Source: Rubripirellula sp. (GTDB lineage Bacteria > Planctomycetota > Planctomycetia > Pirellulales > Pirellulaceae). Taken from it: a stretch of 64,000 nucleotides of DNA. Shown here piece by piece: positions 1 through 10,231 of the stretch (positions within the stretch are counted from its first letter, which is position 1; the number at the start of each line of letters is the position of its first letter). The notes beneath the pieces were generated by a model, which ran no database searches, had not been told where the DNA came from, and saw only the letters and a list, made by a program, of their open reading frames with translations. Position numbers and translations under genes: made by a program. Location of the stretch: positions 6,080,001-6,144,000 of the forward strand of contig OZ244207.1 in assembly GCA_965216875.1 (NCBI GenBank), in the 5' to 3' direction.

Positions 1-1
1 A

Positions 2-961
2 GTCATCCAGGAAGCACGCAAGATCGCGCCCGATACGGTCTACATGATGTTGACCGGAAATCAGGATCTCGAAAGTGCCACACGCGCTGTCAACGATGGT
101 CGTATCTATCGGTTTTTGAACAAGCCGTGCGAGATGACCGAACTTAAGGCTGCCATCGATGCCGCGCGCAAACACTATGACCTGGTGATGTCTGAGAAAG
201 AACTCTTGCACAATACTTTCGTCGGTTCGATCGGAGTGCTCACCGACATCATCGAAATGATGCAGTCCAACATGGCTGATTCGAATGCCATCAGTGCAAC
301 CGTCTTAAAACTCGCCGATGCTCTCGATTTTGGTCCCAGTTGGGAACGGCAACTTGCCGCCAAGCTTTCCCTTGTTGGCTTGGCCATGCTTCCCGATTCA
401 AAGACCGACACCCTTCGTTTCGCTCCCGCCCGGTCGCCTGAACACAAGGAAGTGTTTGGAGAAATGGCGGAAGTCGCTGCAAAGATGATCGATCGCATCC
501 CGCGTCTTGGTGGCGTCGCCGAAATGCTACGCCTGCAAACCAAATGCGACGGCCGCGTTCAAGCGGGCGAAGAAACAACGCAAGCTTGCGCGACACTCTT
601 GCGCGTCGCGTTCTATTGGGAATTGCTCGGCAAGAATGGTGTCCCCACTGCCAACGCTATCAACGAAATTCAACTCGCGCTTCCTGAACTTCCCAACCGA
701 ATCACCGAGACCCTGGCTGAGATCAACGGCGGGGGAATCATCGACGAGGGGGTCGTCAGCATTGGCCCCGACGAACTTGACGAAGGCATGGTGCTTGTCG
801 AAGACGTCATCACAGACAACGGCGCGTTGCTCGTCTCGCGCGGCCGACGGCTATCGCGTCCGATCATCGAAAAGCTACAGCAATACGCTTCGCAGCAGCA
901 ATCGGATGTCACATTCCCGATCGCCGCACCATCGTGCCGCGTGGAAGCAGCGACCGCCTAG
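2..961 (+). CDS. Response regulator (C-terminal part of REC domain plus degenerate HD-like output domain), 5'-truncated by window edge
   Basis: Frame open from nt 2 (VIQEARKIAPDTVYMMLTG...). MLTG...AVNDGRIYRFLNKP is a REC signature. Confidence 0.8.
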   Translation, partial: VIQEARKIAPDTVYMMLTGNQDLESATRAVNDGRIYRFLNKPCEMTELKAAIDAARKHYDLVMSEKELLHNTFVGSIGVLTDIIEMMQSNMADSNAISATVLKLADALDFGPSWERQLAAKLSLVGLAMLPDSKTDTLRFAPARSPEHKEVFGEMAEVAAKMIDRIPRLGGVAEMLRLQTKCDGRVQAGEETTQACATLLRVAFYWELLGKNGVPTANAINEIQLALPELPNRITETLAEINGGGIIDEGVVSIGPDELDEGMVLVEDVITDNGALLVSRGRRLSRPIIEKLQQYASQQQSDVTFPIAAPSCRVEAATA

Positions 962-1230
962 CCGCCGCTCCTACTTCTGATTCACACCTTCCCCCGAAGG
1001 TGATTCACGCAACACCGGGGGCGAAGCTTGCGCAGTGCGGCTGTCCAATTGCGTGAAAACCGGCGTTTTTGCAACCTATCGCGCACTCCGCGTGTTTCCG
1101 ATCTGTTGGCAATAATGCCCCTCTCGGCTCACGGCGTCGCATACAATGGGGCCTGAGTGGGTGGCCTTTCCCGCCTTTCCATCGCCGGCCACCTTTCTTT
1201 GAATCCTCTGAAGCATAGGAACCCTCCCTT

Positions 1231-2238
1231 ATGAACGGTCGATCGATCAACCGTCGCGCCTTCCTCGAAACCACCGCGGCAACGGCTGCAGCAGTCACAG
1301 CCAGTAACATCGTTGGACCGTCGGCCCTGGCCGCGGACGCAAAGTCAGTCACAGCCGAATCGCTTGTCGAACAACTTTACGGAACCCTTTCCGATCAACA
1401 GAAAAAGGGAATCTGTTTCGACTGGAACCACACAGACAAAAAACGCGGCTTGCTAAGAACGTTTGTCGCGAACAATTGGAACATCACCAAACACGAAATC
1501 AACGGCAAGTTCTATACCGACGACCAACGTGATTTGATTCAATCCATCTTCGAAGGCATCATCCATCCTGATTGGCACGACCGCTACTACCAACAACTCG
1601 AAGACGACGCCGGCGGATTTGGCAACGAGCAATCGATCGCGATCTTCGGCCAACCTGGCGATGGCAAGTTTGAATTGGTCATCACCGGACGACACATGAC
1701 GCTGCGGTGCGATGGCAATTCGGCCGACCATGTCGCACTTGGCGGGCCAATCTTTTACGGGCACGCGCCTGAATTTAACGAAGGCCCCAAGCACACCGAC
1801 AACGTCTTTTGGGATCAAGCGATCGCAGCGAACAACTTGTACAAAATGCTCGATGGCAAACAACAGAAGCAGGCCGAGGTCGGCCGCACACCGCGTGAGC
1901 AAGCGGTCGCCTTCAAAGGCAAGAGCGGTAAGATCACCGGGTTGCCCGTTACGGAGATGTCATCGGACCAACGCGGGGAACTGCAAAAGGTTCTCGGCAC
2001 CTTGACCGAAATGTACCGTCAGAGCGATCAAGACGAACTATCGCAGTGCCTCAAGACTCAAGGTGGCCTCGACGCCTGCAAGCTATCGTTCTACACCGAT
2101 CACGACCTCGGCAAAGATCGCGTCTGGGATAACTGGCGACTGGAAGGCCCGTCGTTCGTTTGGCACTACCGCGGTGCACCCCACGTGCACGTTTGGGTCA
2201 ACGTCGCCGACTCAGCCGACGTCAAAACAAACAGCTAG
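1231..2238 (+). CDS. Tat-exported DUF3500-family protein
   Basis: INRRAFL twin-arginine signal. GRHMTLRCDG, GGPIFYGH and WRLEGPSFVWHYRGAPHVHVW motifs. Confidence 0.75.
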   Translation: MNGRSINRRAFLETTAATAAAVTASNIVGPSALAADAKSVTAESLVEQLYGTLSDQQKKGICFDWNHTDKKRGLLRTFVANNWNITKHEINGKFYTDDQRDLIQSIFEGIIHPDWHDRYYQQLEDDAGGFGNEQSIAIFGQPGDGKFELVITGRHMTLRCDGNSADHVALGGPIFYGHAPEFNEGPKHTDNVFWDQAIAANNLYKMLDGKQQKQAEVGRTPREQAVAFKGKSGKITGLPVTEMSSDQRGELQKVLGTLTEMYRQSDQDELSQCLKTQGGLDACKLSFYTDHDLGKDRVWDNWRLEGPSFVWHYRGAPHVHVWVNVADSADVKTNS

Positions 2239-2241
2239 CCG

Positions 2242-2408
2242 GTAGGCCGGATCCCACCTCGTCCCCACGCTCTGCGTGGGAACGCACTCTTCGGACGCTC
2301 CGCGTCCCGGGCCACATAAACCGTTTGCGCCCGACGCTAGCGCGTTCGGCTCACAGGTGTTGGCCCGGGTAGGCCGGATCAAGGAGCGACAGCGACGCTG
2401 ATCCGGCA
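2242..2408. repeat. Composite REP cluster
   Basis: Truncated GTAGGCCGGATC (2242); palindrome CTCGTCCCCACGCTCTGCGTGGGAACG (~2258); GCCCGACGCTAGCGCGTTCGGCTCAC (~2329); full GTAGGCCGGATCAAGGAGCGACAGCGACGCTGATCCGGC (2369-2407). The first, third and fourth recur elsewhere in the window. Confidence 0.85.
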
Positions 2409-2477
2409 ATCCGCAGCCGTCGAAAGAGTGTGATCGCCAATCCTCGGAAGAAAATCTCCGAGATTCTGGACCGCATT

Positions 2478-2507
2478 GCGTGACAAATCGCTCAAGGCTC
2501 TGTCTTT
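2478..2507 (+). promoter_or_regulatory. Putative ECF-sigma promoter GCGTGACA-N17-TCTTT
   Basis: About 50 nt upstream of the ECF gene. The same bipartite motif with the same spacing occurs at 10072-10043 on the minus strand. Confidence 0.6.
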
Positions 2508-2555
2508 AACGATAAGGTCCTTTTGCACATGTCCATGTGATCCATTCTCTCGCCA

Positions 2556-3188
2556 ATGGCTGGGAACACTCCGTCTCAAGCCGATGAATTGATAGGCGCC
2601 GCTCAAGATGGGAACTTGAGCGCGCTGGGGTCATTGTTCGCGCTCTACCAGAACTACATCAAACTCTTAGCTACCACTCAGGTCCGACCCCAGCTGAGAT
2701 TGCGCGCGAGCGCATCGGATGTGGTTCAAGAGACGTTTCTTTACGCGCATCGAGGTTTCAATGAGTTCCGTGGATCGTCTGCCCGTGAATTCGTCGCTTG
2801 GCTGAAGGCCATTCTCTCGCGCCGCATCCAAAACCTGCACCAACAACACCTCGATGCAAAGCGACGCGACGTGCGGCGCGAGGTCTCGTTGGACGCGATC
2901 GGTCATCAACTCAATCGATCAACGATCCGCTTGGAAAATGTGCTCGTTGATCGAGGCCCCAAGCCTGATTCCCAAGCTCAGCATGAAGAACGGACCATCC
3001 ACATCGCAAACGCGCTGGCGGAAATCCCCAAAGACTACCGCGATGTGTTGATGCTTCGTTGCATCGATGGGCTTCCTTTCGCCGAGGTCGCCCAGCACCT
3101 CGATCGATCACCCGGCGCCGCTCGAATGCTCTTCCTGCGCGGTATCAAGGACCTGAGAGATCGGCTAAATGCCAAAGGGCAGCTATGA
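2556..3188 (+). CDS. ECF RNA polymerase sigma-70 factor (kinase-associated planctomycete type)
   Basis: ASDVVQET (sigma2) and IPKDYRDVLMLRCIDGLPFAEVA (sigma4). ATGA overlap with the kinase gene. Confidence 0.92.
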   Translation: MAGNTPSQADELIGAAQDGNLSALGSLFALYQNYIKLLATTQVRPQLRLRASASDVVQETFLYAHRGFNEFRGSSAREFVAWLKAILSRRIQNLHQQHLDAKRRDVRREVSLDAIGHQLNRSTIRLENVLVDRGPKPDSQAQHEERTIHIANALAEIPKDYRDVLMLRCIDGLPFAEVAQHLDRSPGAARMLFLRGIKDLRDRLNAKGQL

Positions 3189-5731
3189 ATCGTTCATCGG
3201 CCGTTCTGGAGTCCCTTGGCAATTTAGATCGAGCATTGCTGGACGTCCTGGAATCGTATTTGGAACTCCGATCTCAAGGGCCCGTCGATCGCGCATCATT
3301 CTTGAGCCAGCATGAATCACTTGCCGAGGAACTCGAGCCGCTACTTGCGAGCATGGATGCGCTCGAAGCACTCGGCCCTCATCGATCCTCGGGCGAGAGG
3401 GAGACTCGTGACGATTCGATCCAAATCGGTTGGGAAGACCTGACTTGCCAAACGATCGGTGACTATCAGATCGTGCGTGAGGTGGGACGCGGCGGCATGG
3501 GAGTCGTCTACGAGGCGCGGCAGATTTCACTCGATCGTGTTGTTGCCTTGAAGGTACTTCCGCTAAGCATCGTGCTCGATGAGACGCGCATTGCACGTTT
3601 TCTTGTCGAGGCTCAGGCCGCGGCTCAACTTCAACACCCAAACATTGTGCCGATCTATTCGATCGGTTGCGAAGACGGACTGCATTGCTACAGCATGCTA
3701 TTCATCGATGGCGTCTCTCTTGACCGGTACCGAGAAACGTTTGGCGAACTGGATCAGCGGCAGTGTGTTGAATGGATGATTCAAGCCGCGCGCGGGTTGG
3801 ATCATGCCCATCAACGGGGTGTGATTCATCGGGATGTCAAACCATCGAACATGATGATCGATGAGGAAGGCAAGATTTGGGTGACCGATTTTGGATTGGC
3901 CCGATGTCGTGATGACTCGAGCTTGACGAAAAGCGGCGCGATTGTCGGAACGCTCCGGTACATGAGCCCCGAGCAGGCATCCGGAAGACCACATTTGGTC
4001 GACCATCGCAGCGACATCTATTCGCTCGGCCTCACGCTCTACGAGCTGGTCACTGGAAAAGCCGCGTTTCCTGATGATCCGGGACATGCACCTCCGCGGT
4101 ACGGCCTCACCGAACCGATCGCCCCGCGCCGCGTGGATGCGGCCGTGCCAATCGATCTTGAAACGATTCTCCTCAAGTCGATTGCAACCGAAGCGTCTCA
4201 GCGATACGACACCGCTGCGGACTTTGCGGAAGACCTAGCACGGTTTCTCGCCGGTAAACCGATCATGGCAGCGAGACCATCAGCCCTTGATCGTCTGTCG
4301 AAGTGGACGTCCCGACATCGACGCTCGGTAGCCGCCGGACTCGGTATCTTGCTGATCGCATTCATCGCTTCCCTTGCAACGACTGCTCTATTCATCCACA
4401 AGCAAGGTGAATTGCGGGCAGCGATCGCGAGCAAGAACGCGCAAGAAGCAATAGCGCAGGAGAACTTTCGACGAACACGCGAGGTTCTGGATCACTTCGG
4501 TCTCTTGGTCGCGGAAAAGCTGGCGGACGTCCCAGGTGCCGCACCAATCCGCAAACAGATGGTTCGCGATCTCCTCGAATACTACGAACAATTTGTGGTC
4601 TCGGCCAACGACGCCCCGGGCCTCCGCGAAGAGCTCGCGCAAACTCATTTTCGCGCCGGACGCATTGTTGAAACTTTGGGTGGAACAGAACAAGCACTCA
4701 AAGCCTATCACCGCGCCCAATCGCTCTATCAACAACTCGCTTCTGATCCGTCGACCGCGAGTGATGAGATCGACCTTCGACTTGCGCTGTGCCACAACAA
4801 CATCGGGATGCTCGATGCCGAAGCGGGTCATGCTGAAGCTGCCGAGCATGAATACCGGACCGCAATCAAATTGCTCGCCGCAATCGATCAGCCCGCGTCG
4901 CAAGTCCGTCGCGAGTTGGCCGGCGTCTATGGAAACCTCGGTCTACTTTTTTCAGCCAAGGACGAGATTTCGCTCGCTGCAAGAGCGCTGGAAACTTCGT
5001 TTGATCTGCTGATCGACGGCACGCCATCGCAACATAACACTCATTGGCGTCTCGAAGCGGCAATGACGCTTAACAACCTCGGTTACCTCTACCAGGATTC
5101 CGATGTCGATCGCGCGCTTGGGTACAACGATCGGGCAATTGAGACTTTGCGCCAGCTAGCCAGGGAATCCGAAACCGAGACCGTGCTTCACCCGCTTGCG
5201 ACAAGCCTGAACAACCGTGCGTCGCTGTTAGCAAAGCAAGATCGAATGCAGGAATCGCTCAACGCCTACCGCGAGGCGCTCGAGTTCTATCAAGGGATGG
5301 TGGAAGAGTCGCCCTACATGTGGCGGTTCCTCGAAGAGCTTGCGATCACCTACAACAACTTAGGCAGGCTTCTCACGCGAATGCACCATCTTCGGGATGC
5401 AACCGATGCATTCGACCGTTCGGAAAAGTTGCTGACGGAACTCTGCCGCAACGCACCCCAGCGACCTCGCTATTTCGCGAGCCTTGGCGGCGTCCTCAAC
5501 AACCAAGCGCGCGTTTCGATGCAAGGTGGTCGCATCGAATTAGCCATCGCCCAATACCAAGACTCTCTCGCTCGCCAGCAAGAACTTCAAGAGATGACAC
5601 CCGACACCGAGTCCTTCGAAGCGATGTTGATCACCACGTACGAAAACTATGAATCAGCACTTCGGCAATCCGGCCGCAAAGCAGAAGCGGAAAGGATCCG
5701 GACCATCCGACACAAGCAGCAAGCCCAATGA
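3185..5731 (+). CDS. Ser/Thr protein kinase with TM segment and C-terminal TPR repeats
   Basis: GRGGMGVVY, VALK, HRDVKPSN, DFGLA, GTLRYMSPEQ; NNLG-type TPRs. Start placed at ATG 3185, overlapping the sigma stop. Confidence 0.92.
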   Translation: MNRSSAVLESLGNLDRALLDVLESYLELRSQGPVDRASFLSQHESLAEELEPLLASMDALEALGPHRSSGERETRDDSIQIGWEDLTCQTIGDYQIVREVGRGGMGVVYEARQISLDRVVALKVLPLSIVLDETRIARFLVEAQAAAQLQHPNIVPIYSIGCEDGLHCYSMLFIDGVSLDRYRETFGELDQRQCVEWMIQAARGLDHAHQRGVIHRDVKPSNMMIDEEGKIWVTDFGLARCRDDSSLTKSGAIVGTLRYMSPEQASGRPHLVDHRSDIYSLGLTLYELVTGKAAFPDDPGHAPPRYGLTEPIAPRRVDAAVPIDLETILLKSIATEASQRYDTAADFAEDLARFLAGKPIMAARPSALDRLSKWTSRHRRSVAAGLGILLIAFIASLATTALFIHKQGELRAAIASKNAQEAIAQENFRRTREVLDHFGLLVAEKLADVPGAAPIRKQMVRDLLEYYEQFVVSANDAPGLREELAQTHFRAGRIVETLGGTEQALKAYHRAQSLYQQLASDPSTASDEIDLRLALCHNNIGMLDAEAGHAEAAEHEYRTAIKLLAAIDQPASQVRRELAGVYGNLGLLFSAKDEISLAARALETSFDLLIDGTPSQHNTHWRLEAAMTLNNLGYLYQDSDVDRALGYNDRAIETLRQLARESETETVLHPLATSLNNRASLLAKQDRMQESLNAYREALEFYQGMVEESPYMWRFLEELAITYNNLGRLLTRMHHLRDATDAFDRSEKLLTELCRNAPQRPRYFASLGGVLNNQARVSMQGGRIELAIAQYQDSLARQQELQEMTPDTESFEAMLITTYENYESALRQSGRKAEAERIRTIRHKQQAQ

Positions 5732-7323
5732 AACCTACAACGCGTTCCCAAGAGCCCGACCTCGCACGGTTTCGGAAGCTTCATTTTGAACGAATGGAAC
5801 CGAGACTCGCTCTCTCGGGGTTGCCCTTAGGCGAGGGTCTGCAGATGTTCGAGAACCCGGTACCCTCGTTGGCCGAAATCGAGCGATTGTTTGCGATTGG
5901 CGAGTCGCCAGAAGTGCTGCTCGAGGCGATCCGGCGGCGGGCCCAAGCAACGCCGCCGGACACGCAACCAACTCCAGTCACCCCCAAACCTGCTGTTTCA
6001 TTCGGTGACGAGATGATTGTTGCCATCACCACCTTGGCGATGAATCAATCAGGTCAGACCGTCACTGAATTCGCACCCGGTAAGCAATACACCTTACGCG
6101 TCTTTGTCCAAGACACACGCTCCCAATTCCCGAGTCCCGACATTGGAGGTGGCGTGTTTCGCGCCAGTGTCGACCTTCGCTTTGGCGAAGGCGTTGTACC
6201 GACCGGGACGATCGCGTTCTCTGATGCGTTTGGCAGTATGAGAACGTTTGGAACAGAACGGATCACAACGGCTGGAAGCATTCTTGAAAACGTGGGGGCC
6301 GTGAAGGCATCGGTGTTTCCGCCACCGCCCGGACAGAATACCGAACCGGAGTGGCTCTTCGACGCTCCATTCTTGGTTGAGTCGGAGGCGACCGCCGCGT
6401 CCATCGTGACCGTCCCCGCACAGAACGAAATCGAGTCGATTCTTTTGTTCGGCGAAAACGATGCGATCAACCCTGCGAACGTTTCGACGGCTCAGCTTCA
6501 AGTCCCGATCACTGGGTCGATCGATTCGCCCTCACCCGCAACACCGCCGCCGACGCGGTCACCAGAAACGGTAACCTCTCCAGTGGCCAACGAAGCAACT
6601 GGTGCGTCACCGCCTTCATCACCACAAGTCTTGATCAACGCGACCATCAGTCCCTTGGGGTTTCGTTTTGAGTCACTCAACCCCATCGATGATCTTTTTC
6701 GCGAAGACGCTCACCAGCGACGTCGATTGGATTGGCTCGAACACCGTCGCGCTGACGACGACGAGAACGATGGTGACGCCGGATTCATCGAGTTGGAGTT
6801 TCCGCAAGCGTTTGAGTCCGAGTTGTTGGTTCCAAATGCAAACAGTGACGCCGGCTCTGACACAACGGACTCCGACAAGTCGCTACATGAATTTGAGCTG
6901 GGCGAACTGTGGGGAATCGCTGACCTTTTGCTTGAAGCGGAAGACCTTGAGCCATTGCTCGGACAGTATCGGATGCAGTTTCGGATCTATTCACCGCAAC
7001 GAAAGCCATCCAAAACCACACCCTGTACTCCCGAGTCACATAGTTCCAACCAAGGCATGATCGACGTCGCTGAATTCCTTCGCCCGAGAGAGGGTCGACC
7101 TATCGACAACGTCGCCTCAAGCGACATGACCACCGACTCGGACGGTGTTGGCGAAGACACGTGGCGCGGATCGCGTGCCACCGCGATGGCTTTCGACCTC
7201 GATGCACTCTTCTCGGTCGATGCCAAAAAACTGCGACTGGATCGCCAGCCGACCGCGCCGGACCCTCCACCACGGCCAGCGCCTGATGACTTGAGCACCA
7301 TCAAAGACCCATCCGAAAACTGA
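5728..7323 (+). CDS. Planctomycete extracellular-type protein with cohesin-like beta domain and Pro/acidic tail
   Basis: N-terminal RKLHFERMEPRLALSG motif; YTLRVFVQDTR...GVFRASVDLRF domain; ATGA overlap with the kinase gene. Confidence 0.65.
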   Translation: MKPTTRSQEPDLARFRKLHFERMEPRLALSGLPLGEGLQMFENPVPSLAEIERLFAIGESPEVLLEAIRRRAQATPPDTQPTPVTPKPAVSFGDEMIVAITTLAMNQSGQTVTEFAPGKQYTLRVFVQDTRSQFPSPDIGGGVFRASVDLRFGEGVVPTGTIAFSDAFGSMRTFGTERITTAGSILENVGAVKASVFPPPPGQNTEPEWLFDAPFLVESEATAASIVTVPAQNEIESILLFGENDAINPANVSTAQLQVPITGSIDSPSPATPPPTRSPETVTSPVANEATGASPPSSPQVLINATISPLGFRFESLNPIDDLFREDAHQRRRLDWLEHRRADDDENDGDAGFIELEFPQAFESELLVPNANSDAGSDTTDSDKSLHEFELGELWGIADLLLEAEDLEPLLGQYRMQFRIYSPQRKPSKTTPCTPESHSSNQGMIDVAEFLRPREGRPIDNVASSDMTTDSDGVGEDTWRGSRATAMAFDLDALFSVDAKKLRLDRQPTAPDPPPRPAPDDLSTIKDPSEN

Positions 7324-7324
7324 C

Positions 7325-9976
7325 TCATGTCATGCTCAATGTGTCAAAGATGTACGAGAGCGAATCTTCACTCTTGCTTCCAATGCGAAAGTAAATCGGC
7401 TCGCCAATCGTGACGTCGATGATTCCGCCCGGGATTCCTGACGATGCTTTGGTGGGATAGGCGTCAAGCAGCGTTCCTTCTGCGTCCCAAATGGTGATTG
7501 AAAAGTCAGCGTGACTACCATCCCTTGCCGTGAGCCCAAACCCAAGACGGTCGGTCGTCGGTTCGATGACGTAAAGGTCCAGCGTCGTGACAGATTGCAA
7601 ACTGCTCTGCGTCGAAACTCCATCGGTCCCCGGAGTGATCAGGACGGCCGATGAGTATTCTTGCGGAGTAGGCGGTGTCACGTTAACGAAGTCGGCTGGC
7701 GTGCCGTCATCGAGAGGCAGGTTCGGACGGGCGACAAACGAGGGTATCTCTTCGTCGGTCGATAGAAACGGCAATGCGTCTGGCGAGAAGACAGCGTGCG
7801 TGTGCTCACTTTGGTCGACTTCGTCATTTGAAACGACTCCGATTCGATTAATGACGCGGAGTGCATCCGACGCCGAGAGTCGGCTATCACCGTTGGTATC
7901 GAGTTCACGGTCGTAGGACGATTCGCTCGTTTCTTCCGAGTCTTGCCCGAGCCGGTTGATCACTCGCAGTGCATCGGAAGCCGTCACGTTGCCGTCTCGG
8001 TTCGTATCATCTTGGGCAAGGAAAAAGTATTGTTGCTCTGCCGCTCCGAGCACGAGCTGCTGCGTAGTACCGGCCTGGGTAAACGTTGCCGATGCGAGTT
8101 TGATGTTTGCTGACCCGTCTGCAATGCGCCGGAAATTCAACATGACCAGATCGTGTCCTGTGGAGAACCCGTTGAAAGCACTCAGGGTGACACGACCAGG
8201 ACTCTCGTCAGTTCGCTGAAGAAAAGGAAAGCCACGACCGTATTCGGTTCCTACCAATTCGACGCTTGACGGATCATACGAGAACGTGAGTTCAAACTGA
8301 GAAACACGGCCAAGGCCACTCGAAGAGACCGCTACGTCAATCGCCTCGTTCAAATCGGAAGCGGCCACATTGAAAGTGACGTCGGCGACCTCCGTTACGT
8401 CGACCGTGATCGTGCTCTCCAATGGCTCGCCATCCTGACTTTCGCCGACAACCGTCACGGTGTCCGTTCCTACGAAGTCCTCCAAAGAGTGATACTTGAG
8501 TGCGAGGAGCTTTCCTTGTCCGTCCCGCCGCACCGTCACATTGGCTCCCGATTCACTGGTCACACTTTGCAGGGTTGCCAGTTGCCACGCGGCGCGCTGG
8601 GGTGAGGTCAGGTTTCCCGTTGTGGTGAAGACAGAGTGGATGGAAAGGTCCACACTCAATCCGCCGCCCACGATTCGACCGGCGTCCAATGGAACCAACT
8701 CATCCGCGACCACTGTCAACTGGCTGAGCGGTTGCTGCACCGCAACGTCGACTCGAAATCGACCGGCTGCTTCATTCCACAAGACGCTCGAAACGCCAAG
8801 ACCTCGCGATTGGACGGTAATCTTTTCATCGACCATCACGAGATCAACGTTGACGCCTTCAAGTACTTCGTCGGTCAGCAAGATTCCTTCCTCAATCTTT
8901 GCGATCACAGATTCCAGATTCGCCTTGCCTTGTTCCGGCGTACCGATCGATTCGATAGGATCGGCCGATGGGTCTCGACCCAAGATCGTGATATCACCCC
9001 TTTGCCCGTGAACGACTTCGCCGGCCTGGCCAAGAAGGAAATTTCCTGCGATGACGTTGTCGGACCCCAGGTCAAAGGTGGGTGGATTCTCGGCAAACGC
9101 GACACCAACAAAGCCGCCGTTGATCACCCCAAATTCCCCGCGCCCATTCTCCGTGATTGTCGACCCAGCGATCGTCGTGTCCTGTGACGAAAAAACGCCA
9201 AGTCCATTTCGGAACAAGATCGAATCTTCCACATCGAGGCGGCTCGACTCATCCCTTTGTGCGATCGCGCGAGATGACACGAGCCCCACGACAGACGCCC
9301 CAGCAACCGTCGTATCAACCAGACGCGTGGTGGCTTCGCCGGTTTTGACCGCACTTCCACTGCTGTCGATTAACGCGGACCGGCGCACGGTGAGTGTGCC
9401 TGCGTTTTCGATTAATATCGTCGCCAGCGACATGTCAATCCGCTCGGGGTCGACCAAGCCTATGATCGCAACCTGATCCAACTCGGCGACGCCACCAACA
9501 TCGACGATCAACGCGCGAGGCGGAACAAGGGCACCGGGATTCGGCTCCATCGATCCATAGACCGTGATTCGGCTCAAACTCAGTGACGCTTCCGGCCGCA
9601 CCGCAAAGACTGCGGAATCAAGTTGCGGCAAGATCGAGACCTTGCTTGGCGACGTCCCGATGAGATGAATGTCTGACGTGATCTCGAGAACGGCTTGGTC
9701 GGCAGGCGATGCCGCCAACGACGACAAGTCGTAGTTGGCCGGAGCAAGCTCGATCGTGTCCGGCTCGGGCGTCGAGTTCGCTGTGGCAACCGCCTCGGCC
9801 AGCAACGCCGCCGGATCCTCACCCGGTTGCGGCGAAACGGACAGCACTGCCAACAACACCCGCTCATCAAGCCGCTCGAAGCCAACCGGTCGTCGAGTCG
9901 CGGGTGGCAGAACGGCCCGGGCCGCCCCACCACGAATTCGAAGATACTCTTGAAGTCTTTTTCTATTCTCGCGCAT
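7325..9976 (-). CDS. Extracellular protein: beta-helix, Ig-like, cohesin-like and dockerin type I domains
   Basis: RRPVGFERLDERVLLA motif; FELTFSYDPSSVELV cohesin-like strand; duplicated dockerin DTNRDGNVTASDALRVINRL / DTNGDSRLSASDALRVINRI. Confidence 0.8.
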   Translation of the reverse strand: MRENRKRLQEYLRIRGGAARAVLPPATRRPVGFERLDERVLLAVLSVSPQPGEDPAALLAEAVATANSTPEPDTIELAPANYDLSSLAASPADQAVLEITSDIHLIGTSPSKVSILPQLDSAVFAVRPEASLSLSRITVYGSMEPNPGALVPPRALIVDVGGVAELDQVAIIGLVDPERIDMSLATILIENAGTLTVRRSALIDSSGSAVKTGEATTRLVDTTVAGASVVGLVSSRAIAQRDESSRLDVEDSILFRNGLGVFSSQDTTIAGSTITENGRGEFGVINGGFVGVAFAENPPTFDLGSDNVIAGNFLLGQAGEVVHGQRGDITILGRDPSADPIESIGTPEQGKANLESVIAKIEEGILLTDEVLEGVNVDLVMVDEKITVQSRGLGVSSVLWNEAAGRFRVDVAVQQPLSQLTVVADELVPLDAGRIVGGGLSVDLSIHSVFTTTGNLTSPQRAAWQLATLQSVTSESGANVTVRRDGQGKLLALKYHSLEDFVGTDTVTVVGESQDGEPLESTITVDVTEVADVTFNVAASDLNEAIDVAVSSSGLGRVSQFELTFSYDPSSVELVGTEYGRGFPFLQRTDESPGRVTLSAFNGFSTGHDLVMLNFRRIADGSANIKLASATFTQAGTTQQLVLGAAEQQYFFLAQDDTNRDGNVTASDALRVINRLGQDSEETSESSYDRELDTNGDSRLSASDALRVINRIGVVSNDEVDQSEHTHAVFSPDALPFLSTDEEIPSFVARPNLPLDDGTPADFVNVTPPTPQEYSSAVLITPGTDGVSTQSSLQSVTTLDLYVIEPTTDRLGFGLTARDGSHADFSITIWDAEGTLLDAYPTKASSGIPGGIIDVTIGEPIYFRIGSKSEDSLSYIFDTLSMT

Positions 9977-10042
9977 CGAGTGGATTCTCCTTGGTGCCTC
10001 TTACCGTCGGAGACCTTCAAGGTTCAGGCCCTCCGTAATAGA

Positions 10043-10072
10043 AAAGAGGGAAGAAACGAACCGATGTCACGC
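10043..10072 (-). promoter_or_regulatory. Putative ECF-sigma promoter GCGTGACA-N17-TCTTT
   Basis: About 65 nt upstream of the dockerin gene start. Same motif and spacing as 2478-2507. Confidence 0.6.
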
Positions 10073-10231
10073 GAAAAATCACACTTGCTGTCAAACCTCA
10101 TCCAGCGGCAGGTTCGCGGCCAATCGTGTCAAGCAGATTTCGTTCATTTTGCGACGCTGATCATCAAACAAGAACAGCTCGCCAGTGATCTACTGACGAG
10201 CTGCTTCGATATACCCAACAAGTGACGAACG

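Noticed and set aside
3059..3184. Longer kinase start at 3059
   Set aside because: It overlaps the sigma gene by 130 nt; the ATGA-coupled start at 3185 is more plausible.
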